64,000 bases of DNA, taken from the NCBI GenBank assembly GCA_943788985.1, contig CALSSJ010000011.1:64001-128000 (forward strand), read 5' to 3'. Source of the stretch: an uncultured Lentisphaerales bacterium. Lineage in GTDB: Bacteria; Verrucomicrobiota; Lentisphaeria; JABSQK01; UBA12247. The translations under genes were made by a program, and so were the position numbers. Positions within the stretch are counted from its first letter, which is position 1. Each line of letters opens with the position of its first letter. A model generated the notes under the pieces. The model ran no database searches, had not been told where the DNA came from, and was given only the letters and a program-made list of their open reading frames with translations. This document shows, in pieces, positions 29,686 through 38,218 of this stretch.

Positions 29686-31212
29686 TTATTCGTCGACGCG
29701 CACCTTGTTCTTGCCGTGCATGACGTCATGGCGGGAGTCCGAGTAGCGGGCTCTGCCGGTCTCGTCCTTGTTAAGCTGCAGGACCGCGTTTTCATCCACA
29801 CATTCGCCCGAGTTGTAGCGTTTGAGAACGGTCGCCTTCTCAACTTTGGTTTCAAGCTTGGCGTGCATCTTTCCCCCGCTGTCGACTTCCCAGCGAGGCC
29901 GCCCGACTACGCTGTGTTTGCCGTCTTCGCTATCTTCACGGACCACTTCTGCCGGGAGCATCTTGGTCTCGATCGTGTCCTCTATGAGCAGTAGGCCGGA
30001 CCATGGCTTGCCAGCGCGCCAAACGCCCTGGCTGGTGAGGTTTCCGTAGTTATCCCAGCGTGACTCTCGGCCATCTTTCTGCCCGGATCGGCACTGGACT
30101 TCCCATTCGATCATGCCGTTCTCGCGGTACTCACGGTAGACACCGTTGAGCTTGTTGGACTCCCAGCTTCCTTCGCTGCGCGCTTCACCGTTCTCCCACA
30201 TGTCGATCTCCCGCCCGTGTTTGCGGCCAGCCTCGTACTCGCACAGGTAGCTTTCCTGGCGATCCCCGAAGCGCTCCACTAGCAGGCCAGTGACCGGCGC
30301 TCCGTTGTCATAGAGTACCCCATCTATCGGCGCGCCGTTGTCATAGCGGGTGATCGTGTAGACCGTCGGCGTCGGGTCATAGGCGGTGACATCGGAAGCA
30401 CCGTCAATGATCCGGGTAATGGTGAATGGCAGGTCTGGCCCTTCTTCCCAGAACGTCCCGACAAAAGGCAGGTCGCCCTGATACCTGCCATACGCCAGCA
30501 GGTCTCCGCTCATGTTCCAGGTGCGGGCTTCACCCGCGAATGCGTTGTTTTCAAAATTGTACTCAGAGCGCTGGATTCGTTTCTCGGCACTGCCGCTGTC
30601 ATAGTAGTAGCGTGCCAGCCCGTGGCGGACATTGTTGCGGTAGCTGACCTCGCTCTCAAGCGCCCCGGTGTCGAAGTAGCGTTCGAATCTGCCGTTCCGC
30701 TTGCCGTTTTTATAGGTGCCCTTATAGCGGAGCCTGCCGTTAGGCCAGAAATGCTCTTGGGGCCCGTTTCGTTCCCCGTTGCGAAATTCCGCCACTCGAA
30801 TCTTTTTGCCATCCTGTCCCCACTCGGTCCAAGGCCCGACAGGTTGGCCCTCATCGTAATGGCCGGCCGCCATCTTGCTGCCGTTGTCGTGCCAGAATTG
30901 CCAGTCGCCGATGCGCTTGCCGTCTCGGTACTCCCCTTTCTCATGAACGCGCTTATTCTCGTACCAGACGATGGCTGGGCCATCCAGTTTCCCGTCTCGC
31001 CATTGCAGGCTCTTGTACGGCCGCCGGTTCGCAAACATCCAGCGGTCACGCCCGTGCAGGCGTTCTTTGCCGTCCATGTGGATGTAGTACTCGGCCTTTC
31101 GCTTCAAGTTGCCGTTGGGATGTTTCCAACGCTTTACGCGAAGATCGTCCTCTGCGCTCACGATGAACACTAGCGAAACCGCGATCAGCACGGCGATACG
31201 TATCACATTCAT
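29686..31212 (-). CDS. Exported MORN-variant repeat (YwqK-like) protein
   Basis: Signal peptide from ATG 31212 (MNVIRIAVLIAVSLVFIVSA), coupled to trpF by an ATGA overlap. Many W/Y-x-x-N-G...G-x-Y-x-x-G-x-x-x-G repeats. Confidence 0.85.
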   Translation of the reverse strand: MNVIRIAVLIAVSLVFIVSAEDDLRVKRWKHPNGNLKRKAEYYIHMDGKERLHGRDRWMFANRRPYKSLQWRDGKLDGPAIVWYENKRVHEKGEYRDGKRIGDWQFWHDNGSKMAAGHYDEGQPVGPWTEWGQDGKKIRVAEFRNGERNGPQEHFWPNGRLRYKGTYKNGKRNGRFERYFDTGALESEVSYRNNVRHGLARYYYDSGSAEKRIQRSEYNFENNAFAGEARTWNMSGDLLAYGRYQGDLPFVGTFWEEGPDLPFTITRIIDGASDVTAYDPTPTVYTITRYDNGAPIDGVLYDNGAPVTGLLVERFGDRQESYLCEYEAGRKHGREIDMWENGEARSEGSWESNKLNGVYREYRENGMIEWEVQCRSGQKDGRESRWDNYGNLTSQGVWRAGKPWSGLLLIEDTIETKMLPAEVVREDSEDGKHSVVGRPRWEVDSGGKMHAKLETKVEKATVLKRYNSGECVDENAVLQLNKDETGRARYSDSRHDVMHGKNKVRVDE

Positions 31213-31826
31213 CTGTCCTCTCCAGCCTGCCTTGCAGCAGCCACAAATCTGTAAATTTCTCCGTGGTCCTTCACGCCTTTCGCCCGCTCGACACCAGACG
31301 AGACATCTACGCCCCACGGCTTCACTGCGAGGATGGCATCGGCCACTGTATCCGCGGTTAGTCCACCAGCCAGCAGAATTTCACGTTGTGAGGCAAGATC
31401 TGCCGCCAGCGCCCAGTCTCCGGTGATTCCCGCGCCTGCCTGGCTGCCCTGGATCGCATCGGCCAGCAGTCGGCAGGGATACACCTGCGCCTTTGCCACG
31501 TCCTCCGGCTCGTCGAGCGCCAGCGCCTTGATCAGTGAAAACTCTGCGAACTCCGCAATATCGGCCACCGATTCGTGCCCGTGCAACTGCACGTGGTCCA
31601 GCTGGCAAGTCCGCACGATTTCCCGCACTACGTGGAGGGCCTCGTCTACAAACACACCCACAGTCTCGATCCGCCCACGGACCGCTTTTGCGATCTGCGC
31701 AGCAACTGTTGGCTCCAGATAACGCGGCGATTCCTTCACAAAGATAAAGCCGATATAGTCGGCACCCGCAGCGATCACGCATTCAGCGTCTTCGAGCGTA
31801 CGAACTCCGCAAATCTTAATAATCAT
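31209..31826 (-). CDS. trpF: Phosphoribosylanthranilate isomerase
   Basis: KICG, SPRY, VGVFVD, QLHGHE, LAGGL, GVDVSSGVE..KGVKD. Confidence 0.96.
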   Translation of the reverse strand: MIIKICGVRTLEDAECVIAAGADYIGFIFVKESPRYLEPTVAAQIAKAVRGRIETVGVFVDEALHVVREIVRTCQLDHVQLHGHESVADIAEFAEFSLIKALALDEPEDVAKAQVYPCRLLADAIQGSQAGAGITGDWALAADLASQREILLAGGLTADTVADAILAVKPWGVDVSSGVERAKGVKDHGEIYRFVAAARQAGEDR

Positions 31827-33196
31827 CTGGCTGGTCCTCGGGCATCAATCGCGGCCAATACACCCACCGCGGTTTCCGTAAGCTGCGGATCCCGCGCCCC
31901 CAGGATCGCGACGCAGTCTCTGGGGCCCGCGTTGGCGATAAGCCCGGCCAGCGATGCCTCGCGGTCGTCGTAGGCCACCGCCTTAAGATTCGTTGAGCGG
32001 ACGCCATCTGCCAGCTCATGTGAAGACACGTCACGGGTTGCAGTGCCGCCTGCGTAGTAGATCGGCGCGACGTGCAGCTCATCCTCCTGGCGTAGGCCTA
32101 GGCGAAAGGCACGCACTATGCCAGCCATCAGGAACCGAGTCGGGCCAAACCCATGCGGCTGAAACCACACGCGCAACCGCGGGGCCAGCAGGTGTAGTGT
32201 GGCAAGCGCGGCGGCAATCTTATCTGGATTGTGGGCAAAGTCGTCGATCACCGTGATCTCGTGCGCGGTGCCGATGATCTGCATCCGGCGCTGAATCCCA
32301 CGAAACTCGCTGATAGCGCATGCTGCATCCCTCAGTGGCACGCCTATTGCGTGCACAGCAGCGATTGCCGCCAGCGCGTTGGCCACGTTGTGCCGTCCAG
32401 GCACAGCCAGCATCACCGGGAATCCGTTTACCGTAAAGGTGCTGCCCTCGGCCCGGCAGTCCACGTCCAAGGCTCGCAGCTGTGCGTCTGCCCGAAACCC
32501 AAACGTCCGGCAGCGTGGCGACATCGCGAGCAGTGTGTTGCAGTGCGAACAGTCGCTGTTCAACACAGCCACCCCTGCGCGAGACACGAACCGGGAAAAC
32601 AGCTCAATCAACTCATCCATCGGCTTGTGATCCAGCCCAATGTTGGTCACCACACTTACCCGTGGCCAGTAGTGGGCGATCGTGCCATCGCTTTCATCGG
32701 CCTCCGCCACCAGCATGTCAGGATCTCCGCAGAGCACATTGCCGATGGCACCATTGCCCAGCGCGTTCAGCATGATGCCACCATTGATCACCGTCGGCTT
32801 TTTGTGGACCTGCTGCAAAATCGTCCCGATCATGCCCGTCACTGTGGTCTTGCCCGACGTACCACCGACCGCGATGCCATTGGCTGCGTTCAGCAGGTCA
32901 GCCAGAATCATTGAGCGATGCCTGAGTGGCAGATCCAGCTCGCGCGCCCGCTCCAGATCCGGAATCGACGCTTCTACCGCAGTCGATGTCACCACCTCGT
33001 CGATCGCCGAGTGCAGGCCGCTTCCGTCCTGCGGTACCAGCTTTATCCCCAGGGCTTGCAGCTTTCGCGCCAGCTCCGAGTCCGGGTCGCGGTCGAAGGT
33101 GCGGTCTGACCCCTGCACGTTGTGGCCCCGATGGACCAACACTTGTGCTAAGGCACTCATGCCGCTGCCACCCACGCCACAGAAATGGTATTGCAT
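31823..33196 (-). CDS. murC: MurC-like UDP-N-acetylmuramate-amino acid ligase
   Basis: GVGGSGMSALA, GSD, GTSGKTT, EADESDGT, DH, DDFAHNP, FQPHG. The C-terminal motifs are non-canonical. Confidence 0.75.
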   Translation of the reverse strand: MQYHFCGVGGSGMSALAQVLVHRGHNVQGSDRTFDRDPDSELARKLQALGIKLVPQDGSGLHSAIDEVVTSTAVEASIPDLERARELDLPLRHRSMILADLLNAANGIAVGGTSGKTTVTGMIGTILQQVHKKPTVINGGIMLNALGNGAIGNVLCGDPDMLVAEADESDGTIAHYWPRVSVVTNIGLDHKPMDELIELFSRFVSRAGVAVLNSDCSHCNTLLAMSPRCRTFGFRADAQLRALDVDCRAEGSTFTVNGFPVMLAVPGRHNVANALAAIAAVHAIGVPLRDAACAISEFRGIQRRMQIIGTAHEITVIDDFAHNPDKIAAALATLHLLAPRLRVWFQPHGFGPTRFLMAGIVRAFRLGLRQEDELHVAPIYYAGGTATRDVSSHELADGVRSTNLKAVAYDDREASLAGLIANAGPRDCVAILGARDPQLTETAVGVLAAIDARGPAR

Positions 33197-33327
33197 GACA
33201 AAAATCCGCTCGAGGTTGGTGAATTCCCGCCCTCTCGCGCGGGTACTGCAGGGTAACGCAGAGCGTGAGGTAGGCCAGTTCAGTCCGCCAGCCTTCTGCT
33301 AGTGATGTTGCGATGGCCTACAAGAGG

Positions 33328-33378
33328 ATCGACTCGAGTCGACCCCATCGACAGCAGTCGACTCGAATCGGTTTTTTT
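33328..33378 (+). terminator. Palindromic hairpin followed by T7 (terminator-like)
   Basis: Arms ATCGACTCGAGTCGAC (33328-33343) and GTCGACTCGAATCGGT (33357-33372), then TTTTTTT. Confidence 0.45.
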
Positions 33379-33436
33379 CGTGTTCGTGCACGATGCCTTT
33401 CGCTGGCGAACCGTCTGCTGACTTGCTGCAGCCAAA

Positions 33437-33453
33437 CAGGCCCGTTGGGCCTG
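33437..33453. repeat. REP-like core hairpin CAGGCCC-GTT-GGGCCTG
   Basis: Perfect 7-bp stem. The core GGCCCGTTGGGCCT recurs at about 54798 and in degenerate form at about 35279. Confidence 0.55.
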
Positions 33454-33562
33454 AAACCGCAAGCCGCTGGTGTATGCATAGGATCAGTCCCTTTCTGGGT
33501 TTGCGAAGTCCGCAACGAATGAGCCGCCTGGCCAATCTTTCGTCTGACGCCATACTCTGGCC

Positions 33563-34171
33563 ATGAATGAATCAGATCAAATCATCCGCTGCGAATGGTG
33601 TGGCACCAACCCTGAGTATCAGGCGTACCATGACGAAGCCTGGGGAGTGCCGGTTACGGATGACCGCACGCTCTTTGAATTCATCACTCTCGAGGGCGCG
33701 CAGGCAGGCCTGAGCTGGATCACCATCCTTCGCAAAAAGCCTCACTACTGTAAAGTTTTCGCTGGATTTGACCCGGAGGTCGTCGCCAAGTTTGGCGAAG
33801 CAGAGTTCGAGCAGCTGATGGCCGATCCGGGCATCGTGCGCAACCGGCTCAAGATTCGCTCCACGATTGCCAATGCCCAAGGCGTCCTTGAGATACAGCG
33901 AGAGTTTGGCACGTTTTCAGCTTTCATCTGGGGCTTTGTAGACGGCCAGCCTGTGCAGAACTCCTACGAGAATCTGGCCGACCTGCCTGTCAAGACCGAC
34001 ATCGCCTTGGCCATGAGCAAAGACCTCAAGAAACGGGGCTTCCGTTTCGTCGGTCCGACCATTTGCTACGCCTTCATGCAGGCTGTCGGGATGGTGAATG
34101 ACCACGTCGTTAGCTGTCACCGCTATGCGGCAATTCGGGACCTTGGGCACAGCGAGAAGCAATTCAGGTAG
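33563..34171 (+). CDS. tag: DNA-3-methyladenine glycosylase I
   Basis: RC.W, YHD.EWG, LEGAQAGLSW..IL.K, IVRNRLKI, GFRFVGPT..YAFMQA.G.VNDH...C. Confidence 0.97.
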   Translation: MNESDQIIRCEWCGTNPEYQAYHDEAWGVPVTDDRTLFEFITLEGAQAGLSWITILRKKPHYCKVFAGFDPEVVAKFGEAEFEQLMADPGIVRNRLKIRSTIANAQGVLEIQREFGTFSAFIWGFVDGQPVQNSYENLADLPVKTDIALAMSKDLKKRGFRFVGPTICYAFMQAVGMVNDHVVSCHRYAAIRDLGHSEKQFR

Positions 34172-34199
34172 ATCGCGTCCGGTCTGCAGGTTGTCACTC

Positions 34200-35150
34200 G
34201 AAGGAGATCTGCCCCGGGGTCAAGGCAGCCAGGAACTCCTTGCACGGTAGACAAAAAATGAAGTCTATCACCAGTTTTGCACTGCCTCGATAAAGCAGTG
34301 CGCTGTGAGCCTCCGATAGTCCGACAGAAACGCCCACAGACCTCTGAGATCCTTTCTGGAAACCGCCTCACTGTTCTTGAACTCAACGCAGCAGAATTCG
34401 CGATCTCCGTAGACAATGAAATCTACCTCTGTGCCGCTCGGGGTCCGCCAGAAGTTTGGTTCATGGCCGCCAGTGTAGCCGCACCACGCTCGCAAGTGCT
34501 GGAGAACCAGGCCCTCCAATGCGAGGCTCGCGATCTCTTAGGTGCTAGTGGACCTTTTGGGCGCACTGCAGGAAAAAAACCGGCATCGAAATAGTAGGAC
34601 TTTGCTTGTTTAATTAATCCGCGCTTTGCTCTCTTGGAGAATACCGGAAGACGAATAGACGGCAGCATGTCTTCCAAAATCGACATGTATCCTTCCATCG
34701 TTTTTCGGCTGACCTGACACTCTCGGGTGACCTCCGAGATGTTGAGAGTCGAGCCATGTGAGAGGCTAATCGTCTCGAGAAAACGGCTGAAGTGTCCAAA
34801 GTTTCGAACCAACCCTTCAGCCATTATTTGCTTGAGCTTTCTCGCGCGTGAGCCAGTTAGCACGAATCACGTGCCGTGTTTTCAATTTCTTGGTATACGA
34901 AAGACAACAAGTCAGGGACTCGTTGAATTTCATCGATGATTATGGCCTGCCCGGTCCAATTTGCCTACAGCCAATCTTACAATAGCTCCGGCCGCGCCAC
35001 AAAAAGCCGGTGAATATCCGGATCAAGGAGATCCAGCGTCAGCGCGTTGGTTCGTTTCTGTGCGAGCCAGGTTGACTTGCCGGTACCGCGAGGCCCCAGC
35101 AGGAAAAAGCTTCCGAGAAGCTCACTGAAATATCGGAATTGCAGAACAAG
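34200..35150 (-). pseudogene. AAA_14/DUF4143 ATP-binding protein remnant
   Basis: FFLLGPRGTGKST (Walker A), IIIDEIQRVP (Walker B), LTGS.ARKLK, K.Y.FDAG, FWRT.SG.EVDF, spread across several frames with internal stops and a deletion. Confidence 0.88.
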
Positions 35151-35224
35151 GGATATTTGGAATGCAAGCCGTCATATTCGGTCCAAGTATGGCGATCCAA
35201 GTAGCAGATTCGCACCTTTTTGCG

Positions 35225-35296
35225 AAGGTAGCCCAGGCGTGCACTCGTGCCTCCCTTGGTGTGGGGTACCTTGTCTCAGCCCGTTGCGTTGGGCCT
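35225..35296. repeat. REP-like dispersed element, degenerate copy
   Basis: aaggtagcccaggc..gcactcgt..ggggtaccttgtc..gcccgttgcgttgggcct aligns with 54743-54811. Confidence 0.6.
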
Positions 35297-35337
35297 TTAA
35301 CTGCAAGCCGATAGCCCACGCTACGCGATCTGCCTGT

Positions 35338-36519
35338 CTATGATTTGCTCTGGCGCTTCGCGTCTTCGGCCTTGAGCGCGTCGTGAACGTCGCGCAGGGC
35401 CTGCTCTGCCTGTGGGCCAATCGGCAGGTCTTGTAAGGCAGCCGCTAACTCGCCAACTTCCTCGGGCTGGATTTGGTTCCCGGGAAACCAGTGGCTGGGG
35501 TTCCCCATCAGGTTATAGCGACCTTTCGCGTATTCGAGCATATCGAACGCCTTCCACATGTTATAGAGCCGTAGGACATGGTAGACATTCACCTGCCCGG
35601 GCGTCTCTTCGATGCTCGGTAGATCCTGCCACCAAGAGTCATGCCAGGTCTTTCCCAGGACTCGGCGCCCCTCGGCTGTCAGCGCCTTAAGGACCGGAAA
35701 CACGCTTTCCCAGGCGCTGTCGACAAGCGGGAGGTAATCGAGACAGGCGTCGAAGTCAGACGGCCGGGCTGCTCCGTGGCTCAAGGTATGCACATCGGGT
35801 CGTGACAGGCAGAACAGCGCGTTCATGCCCATCGGCGTAAGCGGTTTGCACAATCTGGCGAGTTTCGGTGGCGGATCGTAGAGCCGGCCACCCTTGTCGT
35901 TGGGGCTGATAATGAAGCAGCCCATATCCTGCTCGCGTGCCGCGTCGATGGCGGGTGCGTTGGCTTGGTCGAAGTAGTACCAGTGCAGATTCACATAGTC
36001 GAACTCACCGGTGTTGATCGTACTGACGATCGAGTCGGTCGGACCATGCGTGGAGAAGCCGATAAATTTGACCATCCCTTCGTCTTGCATCTTCCTGGCC
36101 TCGGCCAGTGGCCCCCCCGGCTTGAGGGAAAAGTCTAGGATCTCCTGGTTATTGATTCCGTGAAAGCCCAGCAAATCTACATGGCTTTGGTCCAGGCGCG
36201 TCAGTGACGTCTCGACCAGCTTGCGAAACTCACCGCCATCTGGAGACGGCGGCACCTTAGTCTGTAGGATGATCTTCTCACGCGGAAGTTTGGGGAGGAT
36301 ACGGCCCAGTTGTGACTCGCTGCTGCCGTAGCCGTGTGCGGTTTCGATGTGATTGATACCAATCCCGAGCGCCCGCCGGACGGTCGACTCCAGTCGCTCC
36401 TGTTCCTCATCCGTGACCTCCGTCGCGGGTAGATCCTTCCAGGATTGCTGAAAGCGCATCCCCCCGCAGGACAGCACTGACATCTCCAGGTTGGTCCGGC
36501 CAAATCGTCGATAGTGCAT
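35338..36519 (-). CDS. Aldo/keto reductase
   Basis: MHYRRFGRT...S.L..GGMR, IETA.GYG.SE, LQTK, IGFSTHG. Confidence 0.92.
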   Translation of the reverse strand: MHYRRFGRTNLEMSVLSCGGMRFQQSWKDLPATEVTDEEQERLESTVRRALGIGINHIETAHGYGSSESQLGRILPKLPREKIILQTKVPPSPDGGEFRKLVETSLTRLDQSHVDLLGFHGINNQEILDFSLKPGGPLAEARKMQDEGMVKFIGFSTHGPTDSIVSTINTGEFDYVNLHWYYFDQANAPAIDAAREQDMGCFIISPNDKGGRLYDPPPKLARLCKPLTPMGMNALFCLSRPDVHTLSHGAARPSDFDACLDYLPLVDSAWESVFPVLKALTAEGRRVLGKTWHDSWWQDLPSIEETPGQVNVYHVLRLYNMWKAFDMLEYAKGRYNLMGNPSHWFPGNQIQPEEVGELAAALQDLPIGPQAEQALRDVHDALKAEDAKRQSKS

Positions 36520-36525
36520 GCGGCC

Positions 36526-37356
36526 TCAGCTCTGGGTCAGATATGCGTGCTTGATGCGAGCCAAATAGTCCACTTGATCGCTGGCCCATTGCTCTTCGGA
36601 GAAGATCTCGACCTCGTTGTAGCCGTCGAATCCAGCGGCTTCCACCCAGCCGCGAATCTCGGCAATATCGATGCAGCCATCGCCCATCAACGCTCGATCC
36701 GTGAGCAGGTCGCGGGTGGGGGTACGCCAGTCACAGATATGAAAGCCGAACAGCCAGTCGTTGGCGCCACAACGCGCAATTTCCGCCTGTGCCTGGTCAT
36801 CCCACCAGACGTGATAGACATCCACTGCCACGCCCAGCAGCGGATGCTGGAGCGCCCCACAGATGTCGTTGGCCTGCTTCATCGTGGTCACGCATGACTT
36901 ATCGCCGGCATACATCGGATGCAGCGGCTCGATCGCCAACCTTACATGTGCGGACTCCGCATGCGCTAGCACACCGGCGATGCCGTCCTGCACCTGCTGG
37001 CGGGCGTCTGCCAGCGGGATGCCGGGAACCGCCCCCACCACCAGCACCACCATCTCAGCGCCCAGTGCGGCCGCCTCGTCGATAATCTGGCGATTCTCAT
37101 CCAGCGCTGCCTGTCGTCCTGACTCGCTCGCCGCCGGAAAAAAGCCGCCGCGCACCAGCGCGGGGACTGCCAGACCGGATGACTTCACCAGGCGCGCAGC
37201 CTCACCGATCCCGATGGGCGCAATGACGTTTCGCCAGATGCTTACTGCCGTAATCCCAGCCGTCCCGTAATTCTCCAGGCACTCAGCCAGGGACCATGGC
37301 TTATTTGTCTGCGTATGAACTGCAAGACGCGAGAAGTCAGTGATGTGTTCAGACAT
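36526..37356 (-). CDS. Sugar phosphate isomerase/epimerase (xylose isomerase-like TIM barrel)
   Basis: LAIEPLHPM, DVYHVWWD, FH.CDW, DR.LMGDG.ID, EVEIFS. Confidence 0.92.
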   Translation of the reverse strand: MSEHITDFSRLAVHTQTNKPWSLAECLENYGTAGITAVSIWRNVIAPIGIGEAARLVKSSGLAVPALVRGGFFPAASESGRQAALDENRQIIDEAAALGAEMVVLVVGAVPGIPLADARQQVQDGIAGVLAHAESAHVRLAIEPLHPMYAGDKSCVTTMKQANDICGALQHPLLGVAVDVYHVWWDDQAQAEIARCGANDWLFGFHICDWRTPTRDLLTDRALMGDGCIDIAEIRGWVEAAGFDGYNEVEIFSEEQWASDQVDYLARIKHAYLTQS

Positions 37357-37440
37357 ATTGAGCGCAAACTGGAATGGGAAATGACCGGCGTGAACGATAC
37401 AGTGACCCGCTACGATTCATAAACAGGCTACCCGAGCAAC

Positions 37441-37986
37441 ATGAAACCATCTGATTCTCTCACAGGCCCACGCGCCATGACCGTTCTGGAGCCGCTGCAG
37501 GCGCGCACCCCTGCGCCGCTCGTCCCCACCCGCCCGTTTTCTCCAGGGCTTTTGCAGGGCATCTCGCCCGAGGATCTACTGGCCCAGCCCGCAGAGCGCC
37601 CGCTCTATGGCACCGCCATCCTCAGCGGTCTGCTGCTTTGGAACGATGAGCTCGACGCTTCCCACATGATCTCCCAGGGAATCCACACGCCCACCGGCAG
37701 CTATTGGCATGGCATTATGCATCGACGCGAGCCGGACTACAGCAACGGCAAGTACTGGTTCCGCAAGACCGGTGACCATCCAGCATTTCCCGAGCTGCTC
37801 CAGGCTGCCCAAGCGCAGCTGGCGGATACCGAGAGTGCCATCGCGAGGCAGATCCGATCCTGGACCAGCTGGGATCCCTTCCAGTTTGTGGATTGGTGTG
37901 AGGCCGGCGCGGAGCGGAGTCTGCTCGAGGCCATCCAAGATCTCGAGATTCGCGTCCTCCTCTGCCATTGCGCCCAACAGGCGTAG
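37441..37986 (+). CDS. Conserved hypothetical protein
   Basis: Motif-rich sequence ([41 protein letters not shown]) with coding-like composition. Confidence 0.8.
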   Translation: MKPSDSLTGPRAMTVLEPLQARTPAPLVPTRPFSPGLLQGISPEDLLAQPAERPLYGTAILSGLLLWNDELDASHMISQGIHTPTGSYWHGIMHRREPDYSNGKYWFRKTGDHPAFPELLQAAQAQLADTESAIARQIRSWTSWDPFQFVDWCEAGAERSLLEAIQDLEIRVLLCHCAQQA

Positions 37987-38043
37987 TTGGCTCACAGGAG
38001 GAAAAAAGATCGAGTCGATCCTTCATGCCCCCGCCACCCGCAC

Positions 38044-38077
38044 AAAAAAGGCGGCCCGAGCTTTCGCTCGGACCGCC
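38044..38077 (-). terminator. Rho-independent terminator (minus strand)
   Basis: GGCGGUCCGAGC-GAAA-GCUCGGGCCGCC-UUUUUU: 12-bp stem with one G-U pair, GNRA loop, U6 tract. Confidence 0.8.
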
Positions 38078-38115
38078 CGGGGGAGGAAAGCAATAGTAAG
38101 TACCATCTGTTTGCC
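38044..38115 (-). ncRNA. Candidate ECF-sigma-dependent small RNA with anti-SD motif
   Basis: Bounded by a GAACTT-N16-TCGGA promoter and an intrinsic terminator on the minus strand between two plus-strand genes. Contains UUUCCUCCCCC. The 5' end is estimated. Confidence 0.55.
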
Positions 38116-38120
38116 TTCCC

Positions 38121-38147
38121 TCCGACACGCCACTGCAGAAAAAGTTC
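38121..38147 (-). promoter_or_regulatory. sigmaE/ECF-type promoter
   Basis: GAACTT (38147-38142) - 16 nt - TCGGA (38125-38121), preceded by G, close to the sigmaE consensus GGAACTT-N16-TCnnA. Confidence 0.55.
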
Positions 38148-38218
38148 CCGGCGTCGCGAACTCCGCAACGATCCAGCGTCAGGGTGGACCAATCGGACGC
38201 CATAACTATAGTCCCGCC

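Noticed and set aside
29686..31317. YwqK-type toxin-antitoxin module, and the track start at 31317
   Set aside because: There is no adjacent toxin. The true start is probably 31212, given the signal peptide and ATGA coupling with trpF.
33205..33300. Cobalamin riboswitch-like words (GGTGAATTCC, ACTG, GCCAG)
   Set aside because: It lacks the GGGAA element and proper spacing, and no B12-related gene follows.
37709..38218. N-terminal 170 aa of the 604-aa ORF in the track
   Set aside because: It overlaps the 37441-37986 gene in another frame and crosses the terminator/sRNA region. GT2 similarity begins at ATG 38219.
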